Of a stretch of 64,000 nucleotides of DNA, positions 1 to 8,539 are shown piece after piece. Position 1 is the first letter of the stretch. Each line of letters starts with the position of its first letter. The stretch is from Macrostomum lignano (taxonomy: Eukaryota). A program made the translations under genes and the position numbers. The stretch lies in the NCBI GenBank assembly GCA_002269645.1, contig NIVC01001769.1, forward strand, positions 124,001 through 188,000, written 5' to 3'. The notes under the pieces were generated by a model. The model was given only the letters and a program-made list of their open reading frames with translations. It searched no databases and was not told the DNA's origin.

Positions 1-189
1 AGCTGAGTGTCTGTTGAGTGTCCAAGGGTGAGTTAAGTGAGTGTTCAAGGGTGAGTTTTGAGATGTGAATGAGTGTCCATTGTTGAGTATCCTCTACCGC
101 ATGTGGTGACACGCAACACAGAGTTTCAATGTGATCGGTCAACGGGTAGAGGGTCCGATTGCTTGGAATTTCCGAGTAGAGAGGGGAAG

Positions 190-351
190 GGATTCTATTG
201 GTCGAGCAAGCATTTGAAGTGATTTCCGAGTATAATGTGGGGAAAGAATTCTATTGGTCGAGAAGGAATTCTATTGGTCGAGTGGTCCCTGATGCACGAT
301 TTGGTTGGTCAACACAACCCGCAGGAGCCGGGGTCCAGTACCCTTTATAAA
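190..351 (+). promoter_or_regulatory. Putative Pol II promoter of the pPolB gene: three inverted CCAAT boxes plus TATA
   Basis: TTCTATTGGTCGAG repeated, with ATTGG at 197, 253 and 273. TATAAA at 346-351, about 70 bp upstream of ATG 421. Confidence 0.55.
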
Positions 352-420
352 CAAAGCACCCGGGACTCAGTAGACCCCATAGATTTTTTTATTTTATATC
401 AAATTTAACATACAACAAAA

Positions 421-1135
421 ATGCAAATAACTTGCGACTTCTGCGAGTCATCAGTAACCGGGGGCATTGAGGAGCACTATGCGGTATGCCCTGCGATACC
501 AGCACTGTTTGAGTCAGATGACTCCCCAACGATTCATTTTCAACTGATCAAGGAGGCGTTTAATGGCAGGTCCCGACTTTACCGGGCCAGTGCATGCGGC
601 GACCCGAGGAATTTTTTGGAAAGCACTCGTCAAGCTTTCATTGACTTGATCACCCAGCATCAACTTCAGCCAGGAACCGCCATCAAGGTTCAGCTGCGCC
701 TCGGGGTCCTGATGCAGCGCATCATTAATGGCCGCTGCGCCGCCGAGAACACCGCCTGGTTTGCTGCCAAGGTCCACTCTCTTATTCGGAGTGAGGAGGA
801 GCAATACTTCTCTGACGACATGCAGACTATCCTCAACCGGATAGAGAAGTACCTACGCAATGCCAGTTGCTGGGAAATCAGGACCACTCGGTGTGTTGAC
901 GTGTCGACCGCTGTTTATTATCTACCGCATGGAGCGTCGTGCAAAAGGCCAAGAATGAGTTCAAGAAAGACAACGGGCCGCTAAACAACTCCCTGTAGAC
1001 CCTAGAGAATGTTCGCAAGCAAGTGAGCTACCGACTGGTCAATTCAAAGCCTGTGGCCAAGTCAGCATTCCGCGACCAGAAGATTTTCAACCGGGATTTA
1101 GTTCTGGTGCACGTTCTCAAGATGACAAGCCAGTG
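421..1135 (+). pseudogene. Protein-primed DNA polymerase B (Polinton pPolB) remnant with large internal deletion
   Basis: ORF 421-984 resembles the Polinton PolB N-terminal region (EAFNGRSRLYR; IEKYLRNASCWEI like the GSGW motif). Frame +3 from 948 reads AKNEFKKDNGPLNNSL*TLENVRKQVSYRLVNSKPVAKSAFRDQKIFNRDLVLVH, matching pPolB motif B context ([28 protein letters not shown]...). Exonuclease domain and motifs A and C are absent. Confidence 0.8.
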
Positions 1136-1344
1136 TCGGCCAGTGCGATCTGGACACTAGCAAGCTCTTTTTCTCACAATAACATTCTTTTCACATATCT
1201 TTAATTTTTAACTATGTGCATGTGAATTTAATGCGAATATACTATATTTTGAATAATAATAAATCCATCCTTTACTTAATGATATTTGATACACTGCAGG
1301 AGAGAAAATTGTTCTTTCACATTAGTATTTTTACCATAATGAGT

Positions 1345-1665
1345 CATTTTTGTGCACATCTCTGGGTTAAAATTCTCATTGAAATGTTTGTATTTTGTAC
1401 ACGAGTATGTAAGTTTTCGTGCACAGTGATTAAAAGTGCGCAATATGACGTGACTTTTTTGACAACATGCGTCAATTTTCATGCACAGGTTCGAGTAAAA
1501 ATCCCTATTGAACAACATTTATTTTGTGCACAAGTATGCAAGTTTTCGTGCACAGTGTTAAAAAGTATGCAAAGTGTCGAGGTTTTTCGTGCACACATTC
1601 GGGTAAAAATTCCCATTGAAATGTATGTATTTTATGCAAAAATGCATGATTTTTCGTGCACAACA
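1345..1665. repeat. Three degenerate ~120-bp AT-rich tandem units
   Basis: Recurring TTTT(C)GTGCAC...GGGTAAAAATTCCCATTGAAATG...GTATGCAAGTTTTCGTGCACAG blocks near 1347, 1477 and 1583. Confidence 0.6.
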
Positions 1666-2013
1666 GAGGCTAGAAACGCTAAATCCGCAGAAATGGGTCG
1701 GGGTGGGTAGTTTTTTTTCAAGCCAGGTGTTTGGCATAAGAAAATGATAGGTACTAGAAATTTGGTAAAATGAAAAAGAAAAAGGCAATTTCCAAAATTC
1801 TGCCAGGTATTTATTTTGACTGCAGTAGACCGGGCAGCTATGGCGGCTATCAGGCATTAAAACGAGAGTTGCACAAACAGCACGGACCCAAGTTTAGTGT
1901 AGGGCAGGTATGCATATACGATATACTCCTGAACCAATGATTTTCTAGAAAATTCCAGCTTAGGCTTTTAGTTTTATCCACTAGCTAGCAATTTCCAGTT
2001 TTTACAATTAAAG

Positions 2014-2382
2014 GTAAAAACGTGGCTCCAAGACCAAGATGTCTACGCACTGCATAGAGATAAACGCAAAAACTTTCGTCGAGCACCGATTGTGGTGCGG
2101 GGCATGGATGACCAGTGGGAACTGGACCTTGTTGAAATGCTGCCGTTCGCCAAGTACAATGGCGGCATGCGATACATTTTATGCTGCATCGATGTGCTCA
2201 GCAAGATTGCCTGGGCTCAGCCGGTGCGCCGCAAGACAGCCGAGGAGGTTGCAGCCGGATTCGAAGCGATCCTAAATCGAGCTCACCCTCGATGCCCACG
2301 AGCAGTTCGGACCGACCGTGGAAAAGAGTTTTGCAACACGCAGTTCCAAGAGCTGCGTGAGTCATGGACATTCGACAAGTGA
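2014..2382 (+). pseudogene. Polinton retroviral-like (c-int) integrase, truncated fragment
   Basis: VKTWLQDQDVYALHRDKRKNFRRAPIVVRGMDDQWELDLVEM...YILCCIDVLSKIAWAQPV...RAVRTDRGKEF. The first two catalytic Asp of DDE are present; the Glu and the C-terminus are deleted. Confidence 0.88.
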
Positions 2383-2627
2383 CCGAGTTTTATCGAGGCA
2401 GTTGCTTCAAACTTCCTCATGGGCACGGATATCCCACATCGCTGCTATCTCGACTGCCCCCTGAGACTCATGAAAATGCAGTTCTCCTTTCCCGCATACC
2501 ACCTCCATCGCAGCAAAAACATAGGAAAACGCCAAAAATCAAACCAAAGAAGAGCAAGCCAGTGCCCACAAAAAAGCGCAAGATACCGTTAAAAACAGTC
2601 AACCGAGTGCTCGATTCACTCTCATAA
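2364..2627 (+). CDS. Basic Polinton core-like protein remnant preceding the capsid gene
   Basis: FYRGSCFKLPHGHG resembles the Y/FRG..QRGHG motifs of the gene that usually precedes the MCP. Lys-rich tail. Its stop overlaps the MCP ATG (TAATG). Confidence 0.45.
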   Translation: MDIRQVTEFYRGSCFKLPHGHGYPTSLLSRLPPETHENAVLLSRIPPPSQQKHRKTPKIKPKKSKPVPTKKRKIPLKTVNRVLDSLS

Positions 2628-2773
2628 TGTATCGGACAAATCCACGGCTCAACCTGTTTGAGCCAAAGACGCATGAAATTGGAGTGGATAGGTCTCACTT
2701 CATGGACTTTCATCCCATCGGCAGTCTCACGACTCCTGATGCAGCGATTGAATTCGACTGCCACGCCTCCTCT
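2627..2773 (+). pseudogene. Polinton major capsid protein (double jelly-roll) N-terminal fragment, frameshifted
   Basis: MYRTNPRLNLFEPKTHEIGVDRSH / +1 shift / FMDFHPIGSLTTPDAAIEFDCHAS, similar to the MCP start ELDLF..PTQ.SI...EYHPISSL...PIEF. Confidence 0.7.
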
Positions 2774-2775
2774 GA

Positions 2776-2988
2776 GGCGGCTAGGAGTGCAAGTATGTGA
2801 AGGATTCTCGAGACTCTGCGGCGGCTAGGAGTGCAAGTATGTGAAGGATTCTCGAGACTCTGCGGCGGCTAGGAGTGCAAGTATGTGAAGGATTATCGAG
2901 ACTCTGCGGCGGCTAGGAGTGCAAGTATTTGAAGGATTATCGAGACTCTGCGGCGGCTAGGAGTGCAAGTATGTGAAGGATTATCGAA
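2776..2988 (+). repeat. 44-bp tandem repeat (~5 copies) derived from ATPase coding sequence
   Basis: CTAGGAGTGCAAGTATGTGAAGGATT(C/A)TCGAGACTCTGCGGCGG with anchors at 2781, 2825, 2869, 2913 and 2957. The last copy is in frame with the ATPase. Confidence 0.9.
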
Positions 2989-3397
2989 TTTGGATCTGCA
3001 GCCTCATGACCTGATTGTGATTGACGATTTACTGGATTAAGCAGCTGCAAGTCGAGAGCTACGACATCTGTTCACCCGTGAGGCCCACCACAAGCCCTGC
3101 ATTGTCATTCTCATCACGCAAAATTTATTTTTCAAAGGCAAAGAGTGGCGCACAATTAGCATAAATTGCACCTACATGGTGTTGTTCAATAACCCCAGAG
3201 ACGCCTCTGCGGTCCAAGCTTTAAGTCAGCAATGCTTTCCCAAACGGCGCACTCTGCTAGTAGAACTGATGGATCGATTGGTGCGAGATGGAGATCAGCG
3301 CTATCTGCTGCTTGATTTTCACCCCGCTTCACCCCATGAACTGCGCCTGAGAGCCAATTTTCTCCCCGATGAGGCCCCGCAGCGAGTTTATCTATAA
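2942..3397 (+). pseudogene. Polinton packaging ATPase (FtsK/A32-like), C-terminal half with premature stop
   Basis: Walker B LIVIDDLLD, then TAA at 3038-3040, then HLFTREAHH...IVILITQNLFFKGKEWRTISINCTYMVLFNNPRD...YLLLDF...LRLRANFLP. Walker A is missing. Confidence 0.9.
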
Positions 3398-3427
3398 GAA
3401 TGGCTCAGTCTCTGCACTGAGTTAAAC

Positions 3428-3760
3428 ATGGATAAACACATTGCACTAATAACTGTCTTTTGTGAGGGCACTATATCCTTGCGTCGCTGCATACTTACCT
3501 ATGCAAATAAAAGCACCATTTGCTGTTTGGTCGAGTGTATTATCAACTTACTAGCAGGAAAAGTTGGCTGTGAAGATAGCTTGAAGCGGAGACTCAGGCG
3601 ATATCGAAATACTCTCCGGCTTGTTGCACAAAGCAAAAGTGTGAAAAAGGCTCGGCGCAATCTCTCACACCCGCATATCCTTCGTTGTCTTCCTCTGATT
3701 CTCACCTGTATAAAAAGACATGTACAAGGAAATGATACTGGTACCCCGGTTGCAGTATGA
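3428..3760 (+). CDS. Conserved small basic Polinton protein that follows the ATPase
   Basis: RRCILTYANKSTICCLVECIINLLAGKV...LKRRLRRYRNTLRLVA matches the recurrent Polinton family pattern (R.AIL..A...LI..LCECALN.L.GN.P....K..L..YK..LR.LA). Confidence 0.7.
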   Translation: MDKHIALITVFCEGTISLRRCILTYANKSTICCLVECIINLLAGKVGCEDSLKRRLRRYRNTLRLVAQSKSVKKARRNLSHPHILRCLPLILTCIKRHVQGNDTGTPVAV

Positions 3761-4318
3761 GGCACTTGTGAATCAGAGGGGTATGGAGACAGTCTGTGAA
3801 CCCGAGCTAGAGGCGGAAAAACAGTTGCGCAAGATTAGGGACGAGCGTTGCGTGCAGCAGCTGCAGGCAAGTGCGACCCAAGAACAGCCTCCAGTAATTC
3901 ACAAAGAACCGCAGTGGAAGGAGGTTTTATATCTGACGGTGAATCAGAAATGGCATCATCGTCTGCAGGCATTGATTAGCTTCATAACCGTAAAGTGCAA
4001 GTCGATTAGCATAGATGATACGTATGGAGTTTCTGTCAATGGTAAACCGTTGTACAACTCAAATATCGTGGACCTGCTGCATTTCATAGTTAAAGATACG
4101 TACTCTAAGTACCTTCAGCCACCGAATGGGATTAATGAGTTTTTGTTACGTGTCTTCAAGAAAACCACGTGCCTCTGTCTGCAGTTGGTCTGAACACTAC
4201 AAAATTGCTGGAAAAGCCTCGGGAAGAAAAGTCCAGTCCTAAAAAACCTCGACTGCAAGGCTATAAGAAGACTCAGTCTCAGAAAGGATACGGCAAGTGG
4301 ATCAAGTGGCCAAGATGA
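3720..4318 (+). pseudogene. Conserved Polinton accessory protein, frameshifted near 4165
   Basis: KEMILVP...GVSVNGKPLYNSNIVDLLHFIV...PPNGINEFL (family pattern G.++.G+.+PGSNI.DL...P.G...F). Continues in another frame as HVPLSAVG...QKGYGKWIKWPR*, with the stop overlapping the next ATG. Confidence 0.65.
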
Positions 4319-4388
4319 TTGTCATTGATTTTGAAGGATTTCCGCACCTCTACAAAACAGAGGACTTTGTGATTAAGAAATTGCATGG

Positions 4389-5964
4389 TGTAATGCCACT
4401 CTGGCCAGTACTAGCTTGAACATTGTATTAGCACGTACATGTCGCTACTCAACTTATGTACGTAAGGCACGCGGCTCAATTGTGCACGTTGCAATCAGAT
4501 CGCTTCCAAATATAAACATCGTCTCACCCTACTTGGAGGGTTAAGGCTTTTTCTCGCACGCCACAAACACTGCCTGACTCCCGAGTCATTACATGGACCG
4601 CTGGACCGCCTACAACCGAAGGTTTGGTGGCCCGGCATGCGAGCATCCGTAGAAGCGCACATGGCAGCCTGCATCAGCTGCCAGGCCTGCACCCGCGAGA
4701 CCGCGCCGAAATCCACGCCACTCAAGCCGACCGAACTACCGGAGGGCCCCTGGCTCGAGCTGGGGCTGGACTTCCTCGGACCAGTAAGCGGCAAGTCGCT
4801 GCTCGTCTGCACGGACCACTTCTCCAGGTTCCCGCTCGTGGAGGTCATGCCCAGCACCACCGCCTCCGCCGTCACCAAGGTGCTGCGCCGGTGGTTCAGC
4901 ATCTTCGGGCAGCCGACAAAGGTAACTACAGACAACGGCCCGCCCTTCGCATCGGCCGAGTTCAGCAGCTTCCTGGCGGACCAGGGCGCCCGGCACCATC
5001 GAATCACGCCTCTCTACCCTCAGGCCAACGGCGCAACGGAGCGGTGCAACCAGGGGCTGAACAAGGCTATTCGCGCGGGCGGTCCTCGAAGGTCGGGACT
5101 GGACGCTGGCCTTGGACGAATACCTGGCAGCGTACAGGCGCACTCCACACTGCGCCACAGGCGTCGCACCGGCTAGTCTGCTATTTGGCAGGCAAATCAA
5201 CGACGTGATCCCGAGCCTCCAACACTCGCAGCCCATCGACGCGACAAGAGCGGCCATCGCCGACCGCGACCGCCAGGCCAAAGAGGAGATGAAGCGGCTC
5301 GCCGACCAACGCTCCAGGGCAGCAGACAACGCCATCCGTCCGGGCGACCGCGTCCTGAGGCGTCTGCAATCCCGGCAGAAGACCGACGCCTTCTACGAGC
5401 CAGTGCCATGGACCGTGGCCGAGGTCCAGGGCGACTCCCTGCTCATGCAGCGCGACGAGGTCGTCTGCCGCAGGCACGCTACGCAGGTCAAGCGGCTGTC
5501 CGAGCAGCCTAAGCAGTCCGAAGGGCAGCCGCTCCAGCCGCCTGGCCCCCCTGAGCCCACGGAGCCGATCGCTGCCCGGCCGCATCCCCGGCAAGCAAAG
5601 GACCCGGAGAGGAACTACAAAGAGCCCGACCTGCGCAGAAGCTGATTGACTTGATTGATTGACTGTCTCTCAAATGGACTGCACATGCATGAACTGTTAG
5701 TCACTTTTTATGGTTCCCTTTGTGTTTTCACCGTTACTTTTAATCCACTCGAGGAGGAATGTAATGCCACTCTGGCCAGTACTAGCTTGAACATTGTATT
5801 AGCACGTACATGTCGCTACTCAACTTATGTACGTAAGGCACGCGGCTCAATTGTGCACGTTGCAATCAGATCGCTTCCAAATATAAACATCGTCTCACCC
5901 TACTTGGAGGGTTAAGGCTTTTTCTCGCACGCCACAAACACTGCTTGACTCCTGAGTCATTACA
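4389..5964 (+). mobile_element. Non-autonomous Ty3/gypsy LTR element carrying only integrase
   Basis: LTRs at 4389-4593 and 5760-5964 (205 bp each, 2 mismatches). TGTAATG...CATTACA termini. 5-bp target duplication CATGG (4384-4388 and 5965-5969). Polypurine tract GAGGAGGAA at 5751-5759. No gag, protease, RT or RNase H. Confidence 0.95.
4619..5645 (+). pseudogene. Ty3/gypsy integrase, frameshifted near 5077
   Basis: KVWWPGM...CISCQA (zinc finger end), LGLDFLGP, TTDNGPPF, YPQANGATER (complete DDE). One extra base, then AVLEGRDWTLALDEYLAAYRRTPHCATGVAPASLLFGR...RRHATQVKR. Confidence 0.92.
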
Positions 5965-6387
5965 CATGGGTTGAGTTTGCATGCGGTCAAACGACGGCTC
6001 ATTACTATTGCTACCGACCGCCGCACAGCTTTGAGCTCTTTGATCGAGGACAGCGACGAACCTGCTACTGGCTCACCAATAAGCGGCACGGTCTAGACTG
6101 GGACAGGAGTGGGTTCCGACCCTACTCTTGTCTCTGGAGCGATATCTCTCACTTGCAAGGCCCGATATTTAGCAAGGGGGATGTCAAGTGCCAGTTCCTG
6201 TCGCGTCTGCTGCTGCAGCCTGTCTACGACCTAGCACACCTGGCCTTTCCGAGTGCCTCAAAGTACGTGCTAACCTGCGCCCTGGCCAAAGTGGCGCTGT
6301 ACGCTGATTGGCTGCGGCCTCGCGGCTACGGGTCTATAAAAGTAGCGATCTGCAGCAGGCACTGGCGTTTCTCTCGATTGTCTAAAG

Positions 6388-6984
6388 ATGGTCGCAACAA
6401 TTTGCGTGACAAACATCGTGACAGGAGCCGACCTGGCGACCCGGGTGGGTCTGCCTCAACTATCGAATTTCCTGACTCTTCATCTGCCTCAGTATCACAC
6501 AATCCGCCATCGCCTGGTTCATCCTCGAACACTGGCAGTGGTGATGAAGAGCGGGCAGCATCGAGTAACCGCGCTGGTGTATCCGACCGGACAAGTGTCT
6601 GTCTGTGGAGCCAAAAGCATGGAGGAAGCTCTCGCAGAGACGGAGAATATTGCGATTGACCAGGACTTCTTGCGATTGACCAGTCTGCCCCAGATTCGCA
6701 TCAAGACTATTACCTCTGTGACGGCCTTTTTCGCGGGTCGGCATCCACTCCGGTTGGGGGAAGTCAAGTCTAAATGGCCGCATCGGGCCACCTACGAGCC
6801 GGAAATGTTTAACGGACTTGTGCTCAAGTTTAATGCCTCTGTAAAGTTGATTTTGTTTCATTCGTATCGTTGTATAATAGCTGGCGCTCGCAGCGTGGTT
6901 GAGGCTCAGACTGCAGCTGATGCCCTCTCCCGCATTTTGCATGCAGACCAAGCATCCGAACCTACTTTGCTGGACTCTGACTGA
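6388..6984 (+). CDS. Intronless TBP-fold (TATA-binding protein-like) protein carried by the Polinton
   Basis: Two TBP repeats: VTNIVTGADL...VTALVYPTGQVSVCGAKSMEEA and IKTITSV...ATYEPEMFNGLVLKF...KLILFHSYRCIIAGARSVVEAQTAADALSRIL. Open 198-aa ORF with downstream AATAAA at ~7097. Confidence 0.88.
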   Translation: MVATICVTNIVTGADLATRVGLPQLSNFLTLHLPQYHTIRHRLVHPRTLAVVMKSGQHRVTALVYPTGQVSVCGAKSMEEALAETENIAIDQDFLRLTSLPQIRIKTITSVTAFFAGRHPLRLGEVKSKWPHRATYEPEMFNGLVLKFNASVKLILFHSYRCIIAGARSVVEAQTAADALSRILHADQASEPTLLDSD

Positions 6985-7404
6985 GCTCCTCTACGGCATA
7001 ACAGTAGTAGTGAGATCTGCCTATGCACCGAGTAATAATAATAATATTTTTGCTGTAACTTTACTTCTGTATTTTTTGTGTACAAAATATAAGAAAAAAT
7101 AAACGCGAATGCGACTGTGTTTGTGCAATAATGCTTACGAAAATGAAACGTTTTTTTTTGTTTATTTTATTGGCAGGTCCATGGATTGCAAAGCATAAAA
7201 TTACATGTTAAAAGCTCGTATTAGCACAAAAAAGTTTATGAAGAATGGAAGGGCAGTATTAAGGCCCGTCGCGTGTATTTACAAAACAGTATTATCGCCA
7301 GGAATCAAAGCATGATGGGGCAATATTATGGCCAGTATTGACAAAGCAATATATACAACAGTGCATGATCAGTACTATGGTTCAAAACTATATTAAAAAA
7401 AAAG

Positions 7405-8100
7405 TTAATTGATGAAATGACCAGTTGTCGCTTCATGCATTGCGCGTCGCTTCATTGGTGGCTGGTGGAATGAAGGCTGTTGGTTCTTCTCAGCTGTTGG
7501 TGGCTCTTCCAGAGTTTCGAATGTAAATCTCTTTCTAAATTCAGCCTGAACTGCTTGGAAGGCCCCCCAGTGGTCGTCCCAATCTGCCGACTGCCTGTCA
7601 GGTACTTGCATCAGTTGGTCAAATGTAAGCTTTGCTGCCCATGCTGCACACTCTTCAGATTCCGTAGGGTGGTATCCCATCCACCATGGATCGCCGATCG
7701 GCGGCTCGACCGGAGGCTCTCGCTTGTCAATTTTGTCTAGGACCCATTGCTTTTGAGCCCAGACTTCGCGCCAAAGTTTAGTAGGAAGCGGTAAGGCATG
7801 CCTTAGGTGCACCGGCGGTCCGAGTACAGTTGGAAGGCGCCAGAGTGTGATTACGCCATTTTGCAAAACCACTTGCCTGTTGCCGCCCAGAAGGCATTGC
7901 TCGTCGATACACTTTCTTGCAAACTCTTTCAGTCGTTCCTTCAGGCTGCCCAAGTGGCAAAACTGGTGGACGGTGAGCTCCATGCCAGGCAGACCTGGTC
8001 GATACTCTTCGGCAAATTTGTACCACTTTCTGAAGCTGATGCACTTCGAGTGCGACCTGACGCCGATTCGAAATCTGTTCGATAATGTCTTGAACTCCAT
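7405..8100 (-). CDS. PC4/Sub1-like ssDNA-binding / transcription coactivator domain protein (ATG at 8100)
   Basis: MEFKTLSNRFRIGVRSHSKCISFRKWYKFAEEYRPGLPGMELTVHQFCHL aligns by eye to PC4 (IDIREYW...EMKPGRKGISLNPEQWSQL). A possible second degenerate unit starts LGGNRQVV. Minus-strand AATAAA at ~7165-7170. Confidence 0.6.
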   Translation of the reverse strand: MEFKTLSNRFRIGVRSHSKCISFRKWYKFAEEYRPGLPGMELTVHQFCHLGSLKERLKEFARKCIDEQCLLGGNRQVVLQNGVITLWRLPTVLGPPVHLRHALPLPTKLWREVWAQKQWVLDKIDKREPPVEPPIGDPWWMGYHPTESEECAAWAAKLTFDQLMQVPDRQSADWDDHWGAFQAVQAEFRKRFTFETLEEPPTAEKNQQPSFHQPPMKRRAMHEATTGHFIN

Positions 8101-8177
8101 TTTGTTCACTGTCAAAAACTGTGAGCTTTCCTTCCGGCTGTGCGCGAGATTAAATATGACTGGAATTGGTAAGTAAC

Positions 8178-8360
8178 ACCAGCTCCCGCTCCATAGCAAT
8201 AACCAATCCGAACCCCGAATCCAGCCCCACACAACAGCCCTCCCGCGGGAACTATTGGCAAATCAAGAGCCCTTCCGGGGACCACTCAGCCATTTATAAA
8301 TCAGCTCCCGTTCCATAGCAATAACCAATCTGAACCCCGAATCCAACCCCACACAACAGG
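8178..8360 (-). promoter_or_regulatory. Putative promoter of the PC4-like gene: duplicated ~58-bp CCAAT-containing unit around a TATA box
   Basis: CAGCTCCCG(C/T)TCCATAGCAATAACCAATC(C/T)GAACCCCGAATCCA at ~8180 and ~8302. TTTATAAA at ~8293-8300 lies between them. Confidence 0.45.
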
Positions 8361-8539
8361 AGGTGGCGGGACCTTCTTGCGGCCCTCTGGCCACCAAGAA
8401 GTAGCGGTCTAGGTCTAACGACCTCCCGCTGTACCCGCCACAGCAAGAAAAGAGTAGAGCCAAAGCATTGAATGCGGCTTTTGCCTTGGCTAGAGCCTTA
8501 AAAGCGGTAAGTGAGACGGGGAATAAGATTGGGGTTTAG

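Larger units (their letters stand above)
4315..6320 (+). pseudogene. DEDD/DnaQ-like accessory protein of Polinton, interrupted by an LTR element
   Basis: 5' part MIVIDFEGFPHLYKTEDFVIK(E)IAW; 3' part from 5967 WVEFACG...YRPPHSF...CYWLTNKRHGLDWD...IFSKGDVKCQFLSRLL...VYDL...CALAKV. It is contiguous after removing 4389-5964 and one CATGG copy, plus a 1-nt deletion just before the insertion. The nuclease assignment is inference from the D-x-E motif. Confidence 0.65.

Noticed and set aside
1-130. Left terminal inverted repeat of the Polinton
   Set aside because: No AGTAGT start and no similarity to 8540-9059; the left end must be upstream of the window.
2776-2988. 44-bp repeats near an integrase as a CRISPR array
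   Set aside because: Copies are directly adjacent with no unique spacers, derive from ATPase coding sequence, and the context is eukaryotic with no cas genes.
4495-5594. Minus-strand and alternate-frame ORFs over the gypsy integrase
   Set aside because: Shadows of GC-rich coding sequence.
6388-6984. The host's canonical TBP gene
   Set aside because: Intronless in an intron-rich genome, far more divergent than any cellular TBP core, and embedded among Polinton genes.
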